A stretch of 124,000 bases of DNA from Hyalangium minutum (GTDB lineage Bacteria > Myxococcota > Myxococcia > Myxococcales > Myxococcaceae): the NCBI RefSeq assembly GCF_000737315.1, contig NZ_JMCB01000008.1, forward strand, positions 20,001 through 144,000, in the 5' to 3' direction. Both the position numbers and the translations under genes were made by a program. The notes beneath the pieces were generated by a model, which saw nothing but the letters and a program-made list of their open reading frames with translations, did not search any database and was not told where the DNA came from. Positions 121,001-124,000 of the stretch are shown piece by piece (the stretch's first letter is position 1; each line of letters begins with the position of its first letter).

Positions 121001-124000
121001 TCGATGGCCAGGATGGCCTCGACGCAGGCGTCCGCGTTCGCCAGGTTCTGGTACTTGTCCTCCCAGATGCCCGCGCTGCGGAAGAGCACCCGGACCCGCT
121101 CCCGGTAGTCCGTGCTCAGCTCCAGCATGCGCTCGTAGACCGCCAGCAGCTCCGCCGGCTGGTCCATCTTCGTGTGCAGCCGCTCGAGCGACTCCAGCGC
121201 CTCGCGGTTCTCCGGGTTGAACTCCAGCGCTTGCCGGTAGGCCACCACCGCGGCCTCGTCATCGCCGATGTCCCGCTCGTAGACGCCCGCCACTTCAACC
121301 TGGATGCGCGCGCGCTCCTCCGCCGTGCCCATCAGGTCCCGCTTGCGCTGCAACGTGGCAGCCACGTCCGAGTGCGCGTTCTGGCGGCGGTACAGCGCGG
121401 CCAGCACGTCCAGCGTCTCCACGTCCGGCTCGAGCTCCAGGGCTCGCAGCAGCGCCGTGGCCGCCTCCTGCGGATCCCCCACCCGCTCGTCGTAGATGCG
121501 GGCGATCTCCTTCAAGATGCTCTTGCGCGACTCGATGGACGCAGCGGCCTCGAGCTGCTGCTCCAGGGCCACCACGTACTCGCGGTCCCGGCCGCGCCGC
121601 TGGAACATCCCCGCCAGCCCCTCGAGCGCCGTGGCGTTCGTCGGGTCGAACTCGAGGATCTTCCGATACGCCGCCTCGGCCGCAGCCGCGTCATCCAGCT
121701 TCTCGTCGTGGACGCGCGCCAGCGTGGCGTAGAGCCGCTCGGCCAGCGGTCCCTTGGGCAGCGAGTCCGCCACCTCCTCGTAGACCGCCGCGAGCTCCTC
121801 ATGAGAGCCCGTCTCGTTCGCCAGCCGCTCCACCTGCTCGCGGATGGTGTCGTCCGCCGCGTCGATCTGCAGCGCACGGCACATGGCCAGGAACGCCACG
121901 TCCTTCTGACCGAGCCGCTCCTCCTGCACCCGCGCCAGCTCGCGCAGCCAGGTGAGCTTCTCCTCGTCCGTGACGAGGTTAGGCATGTACCGGTCCACCA
122001 CGCCGGCGTAGGCACGCCAGTCGTTGTGGCTGCGGTACAGCGCCGACACCCGCTCGAAGGCCGTGCGGTTGGCCGGATCCAGCTCCAGCACCTTCTCCAG
122101 AGCGCCCGCGGACTGCTCGGGCTTGGCGCCCGGGCCTTCCCACATGTCCGCCACCGCAAAGTACGCGGCCACCGCCTGCTCGCGCTCCTCCGTGCCCAGG
122201 TGCACCTGCACCTTGAGTTCCAGCGCGCGGACGGCGTCGTTATAGGCACGCAGGGACACGAACAGCGCCTGGACGCGATCCAGGTCCGGCACCGTGTGCG
122301 GCTCCACCTCGAGCGCGCGGCGGGCGGCGTCCAGCGCCTCCTCGCGGCGGCCCATCTCTGCCAGCACCTCCGCCAGGCGGATGCGCAGCGCCTTCACGCC
122401 CTCCGAGGACTCCTGCAGCGGCACGAGCCGGCGCAGCACCGCCACCAGCTCCTCACGCTGGGCCGTCTCCTCGTACAGCTCACGCAGCGTGTCCAGCACC
122501 ACCCGGTGGCGCGGGTCGCGGTCCAGCGCGGCCTTGAAGTACGGCACCGCCGCCTCGGGCTGCTTCAGCAGCCGGTACGCCACCCGGCCCAGCCGCTCGT
122601 TGAGGCGCACGACCTCGCGCGGATCCAGCGTCTGCGCCAGCCGATCCGCCAGCAACGTCCGCAGCTCTTCCGGACGATCCGCGCGCTCCAGCAGGCTCTC
122701 CAGCGCGGAGAAGGCCTGCTCGTTGCGCGGGTTCTTCGCCAGCAGCTCGCGGTACAGCTCGATGGAGCGGCCCAGGTCCGCCAGCCCCTCGGCCGACACC
122801 TGCGCCATCTTGGAGAGAACGCGCTCCTTCTCCGCCCCGCTCACGCGCTCCAGCTCGTGCTGCAGGATGGCGTACAGCTTGTCGGACGCGCCCGCCGCCT
122901 CGTACAGGCCCTCCAGGAGCCGCGCGGACGCCAGGTGCGCCGGATCAATGGTCAGGATCTGCTCGTAGGCCGACGCCGCCCGGTCCATGCTCTCCAGGCG
123001 CTCCTGGCACAGCTGGCCCAGGCGGAACAGGAAGCCCGTCTTGTCCGCCGGTGCCGTGGCGCCCGTGGCCAGCTGCTCCAGCACGCCCGCCAGCTCCGGC
123101 CACGCCTCCAGCCCCACGTAGAGCCGATCCAGCGCCAGCAGCGCCTTCTCCTGCACGGACGCGTGCAGCGTGCGCGCGCGCTCGTAGTAGGTGATGGCGC
123201 GCTCGGGCTCGCGCAGCTTCGTCTCCAGCATCTGCCCGAGCTTGAGGCACACATCCGCCGCGTCCTCCGCCTCGGCGATGCGCGGCAGCGCCTCCTCGTA
123301 GGCCGCCACCAGCTCGTCATACGTGCTGGAGGCATCCGTCGCGCTCTCCAGCCGGTGACGCAGGTCCGCGTCGTTCGGGTCCTCCTTGAACGCCCGGAAG
123401 AGCGCCAGGAACGCCAGCTCCGCCTCTCCCTGCGTCTCGCGCAGCGTGGCCAGCTCGCCCAGGAGCGCCTTCTTCTCGAAGGCGTCCGTGGAGGCGCCCA
123501 CGCGCACCTCGATGTACTGCGCCAACTTGGTGATGTCGCCGCTGGCCCGCAGGGCCTTCAGCAGCGTCTCCACCGCGAGCAGGTTCTGCGGCTCGCGGCT
123601 CACCCACGCCTCCATGCGCGCCACCGCGCCCGCATGGTTCGGCTGCAGCGTGAGCACCTCGCCGAAGAGCGCCAGTGCGCCCGGCTTGTCCAGCAGCTTG
123701 CCCTCGCGCACCGTGGCCAGCCGGAACTTCAGCTCCAGCGCCTGCTCCGGCGGCATCAGCGCGATGCGCTTGGCCAGCACGTCCGCGAGCTCCGGCCAGC
123801 GCTCCTGCTTCTGGCACAGGCTCTCCATCCGGCCGAGCGCCGCCGCGTCATCCGGCTTGAGCTCCAGCAACCGCCGGAACGTCGCGAGCGCCCCGAGGGT
123901 GTCCTTGAGCTGATCCTCCTGCAGCACGCCGATCTGGAAGAGCACCACGGCACGGCGAACCGGATCCTCGGCCATCGCCAGCTGGCGGCGCAGCACTTCC
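118069..124000 (-). CDS. gltI: Giant TPR gliding motility protein GltI (AgmK), 5' part outside window
   Basis: More than 1975 aa of continuous TPR repeats immediately upstream of gltJ. Confidence 0.85.
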   Translation of the reverse strand, partial: EVLRRQLAMAEDPVRRAVVLFQIGVLQEDQLKDTLGALATFRRLLELKPDDAAALGRMESLCQKQERWPELADVLAKRIALMPPEQALELKFRLATVREGKLLDKPGALALFGEVLTLQPNHAGAVARMEAWVSREPQNLLAVETLLKALRASGDITKLAQYIEVRVGASTDAFEKKALLGELATLRETQGEAELAFLALFRAFKEDPNDADLRHRLESATDASSTYDELVAAYEEALPRIAEAEDAADVCLKLGQMLETKLREPERAITYYERARTLHASVQEKALLALDRLYVGLEAWPELAGVLEQLATGATAPADKTGFLFRLGQLCQERLESMDRAASAYEQILTIDPAHLASARLLEGLYEAAGASDKLYAILQHELERVSGAEKERVLSKMAQVSAEGLADLGRSIELYRELLAKNPRNEQAFSALESLLERADRPEELRTLLADRLAQTLDPREVVRLNERLGRVAYRLLKQPEAAVPYFKAALDRDPRHRVVLDTLRELYEETAQREELVAVLRRLVPLQESSEGVKALRIRLAEVLAEMGRREEALDAARRALEVEPHTVPDLDRVQALFVSLRAYNDAVRALELKVQVHLGTEEREQAVAAYFAVADMWEGPGAKPEQSAGALEKVLELDPANRTAFERVSALYRSHNDWRAYAGVVDRYMPNLVTDEEKLTWLRELARVQEERLGQKDVAFLAMCRALQIDAADDTIREQVERLANETGSHEELAAVYEEVADSLPKGPLAERLYATLARVHDEKLDDAAAAEAAYRKILEFDPTNATALEGLAGMFQRRGRDREYVVALEQQLEAAASIESRKSILKEIARIYDERVGDPQEAATALLRALELEPDVETLDVLAALYRRQNAHSDVAATLQRKRDLMGTAEERARIQVEVAGVYERDIGDDEAAVVAYRQALEFNPENREALESLERLHTKMDQPAELLAVYERMLELSTDYRERVRVLFRSAGIWEDKYQNLANADACVEAILAIDQTNMQAIKTLIRLRRMQERWEDLIVAYERQLSLTTEPKEQAELYVEMGTVYHQQLKAVDRAVASYQYALQVEPSCRPALNALGKLYERSGNWPDALEMLRLEAQVLGQSPEAVELYHRMGKINEDMLMDTGSAKSSYQQALAIDPGYLPSIRALKGIQEQDQDWGGYEQTLLQEAQSSDDPQAKARALLDVAKYHAETRQDQQTATHYFEEVLKHVPDSLEAARPLADVYIAREDWMLGEKMLDIVVRKMAEKAIAEKDGAVTVDLSRQLYRLGYVSEKLGKREKALDAYEKSYGLDSRYLANLESFGNLLVQSKRYDDALKVFQAILIHHRESLTDLEVVEVYWQLGDVLAALGHADRAQNHFEKALAIDPGHEPSLRALVALMDKARQYEKSAELRQQLVNVLDGEAKAKVLLELGEIAREMLKDPYMAIDAFSGALREQPDAPEVMDKLYVLLRETRQGHKAADVLQRMLSLPALAAEPHKAKRVWFALAEIRRDEAKDVEGAAEAFNRALDLDHRFVEAFSALEAMLGQASQWKALEDNYARMLSRIPKTPDTHVARMALWRALGDLYLQVLKNTEGAVAAYGVVAKGLPEDAKVQETFAEVAGQVQGKEEEAIAALRRALPNTEDPRKVCGHLVRLLAVRKDYDGAWLAAQAVGGLIGDPGDDEKEILTKLGPYAKRKEVAQRALTDRLWQTHLFHPKVRTPLSELMGILFEQVGHLYAVPFQQYQIVPKKHRIDVGTSQEYHVHHYRYVARLLGMEAVELYSPFLMATRERLSRRSNEPAPEPMINAELLQTHPACVRVGGKFFAEQGQKEVYYLLGRTLALARSELAFSQRLAPDRLEALLQAAMTMVVQIRHTADPRHFAEARQLLEKNLSEPARAALAKVVRAYLPTATPTDVRTWLEGVELTAARAGLFASGEMEPAKRMVTGETGSSFRVPPRTKLRDLLVFATSEDLHDLRVAVGTHVEVQVRK

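Overview
High-GC myxobacterial chromosome segment (inferred Archangiaceae/Myxococcaceae, from gene order and markers such as gltI/gltJ, an MCP-less Che cluster and a MYXO-CTERM protein). Core blocks are: envelope biogenesis (lolE/lolD-bamA-skp-lpxD-fabZ-lpxA-lpxI), lysS, an ECF sigma/anti-sigma pair, frameshifted prfB, phoH-HD-ybeY, leuS/lptE/rpsT, a Che cluster with a HEAT-repeat gene, rib/nusB/nrdR/glyA, fab/acpP/rpmF, a Pho/Pst locus with recognisable Pho boxes, ffh and gliding genes gltJ/gltI. Two tRNAs (Arg-CCG, Leu-TAA, both minus strand) bracket accessory DNA. A lipoprotein toxin/immunity pair sits at the tRNA-Arg 3' end. A roughly 30 kb decaying hypoxia/fermentation-type island ends in an integrase relic at the tRNA-Leu 3' end. 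The most striking observation is two diverged copies of a group 3b [NiFe]-hydrogenase operon about 17 kb apart with exactly reciprocal deletions: copy 1 keeps hydB, hydA, the protease and hypAFCDE but lost cNMP-hydG-hydD, while copy 2 keeps cNMP-hydG-hydD and has everything else collapsed to collinear scraps. Only the two together encode a complete enzyme. Other leads are RelA/SpoT-synthetase-like motifs in the TIGR04552-type protein, an Lnb-like DUF4105 protein near the Lol/Bam cluster, a degenerate RibA domain, and an AT-rich palindromic operator upstream of an orphan prenyltransferase. No CRISPR array or rRNA was seen. All family assignments come from motif recognition by eye; no database searches were run.
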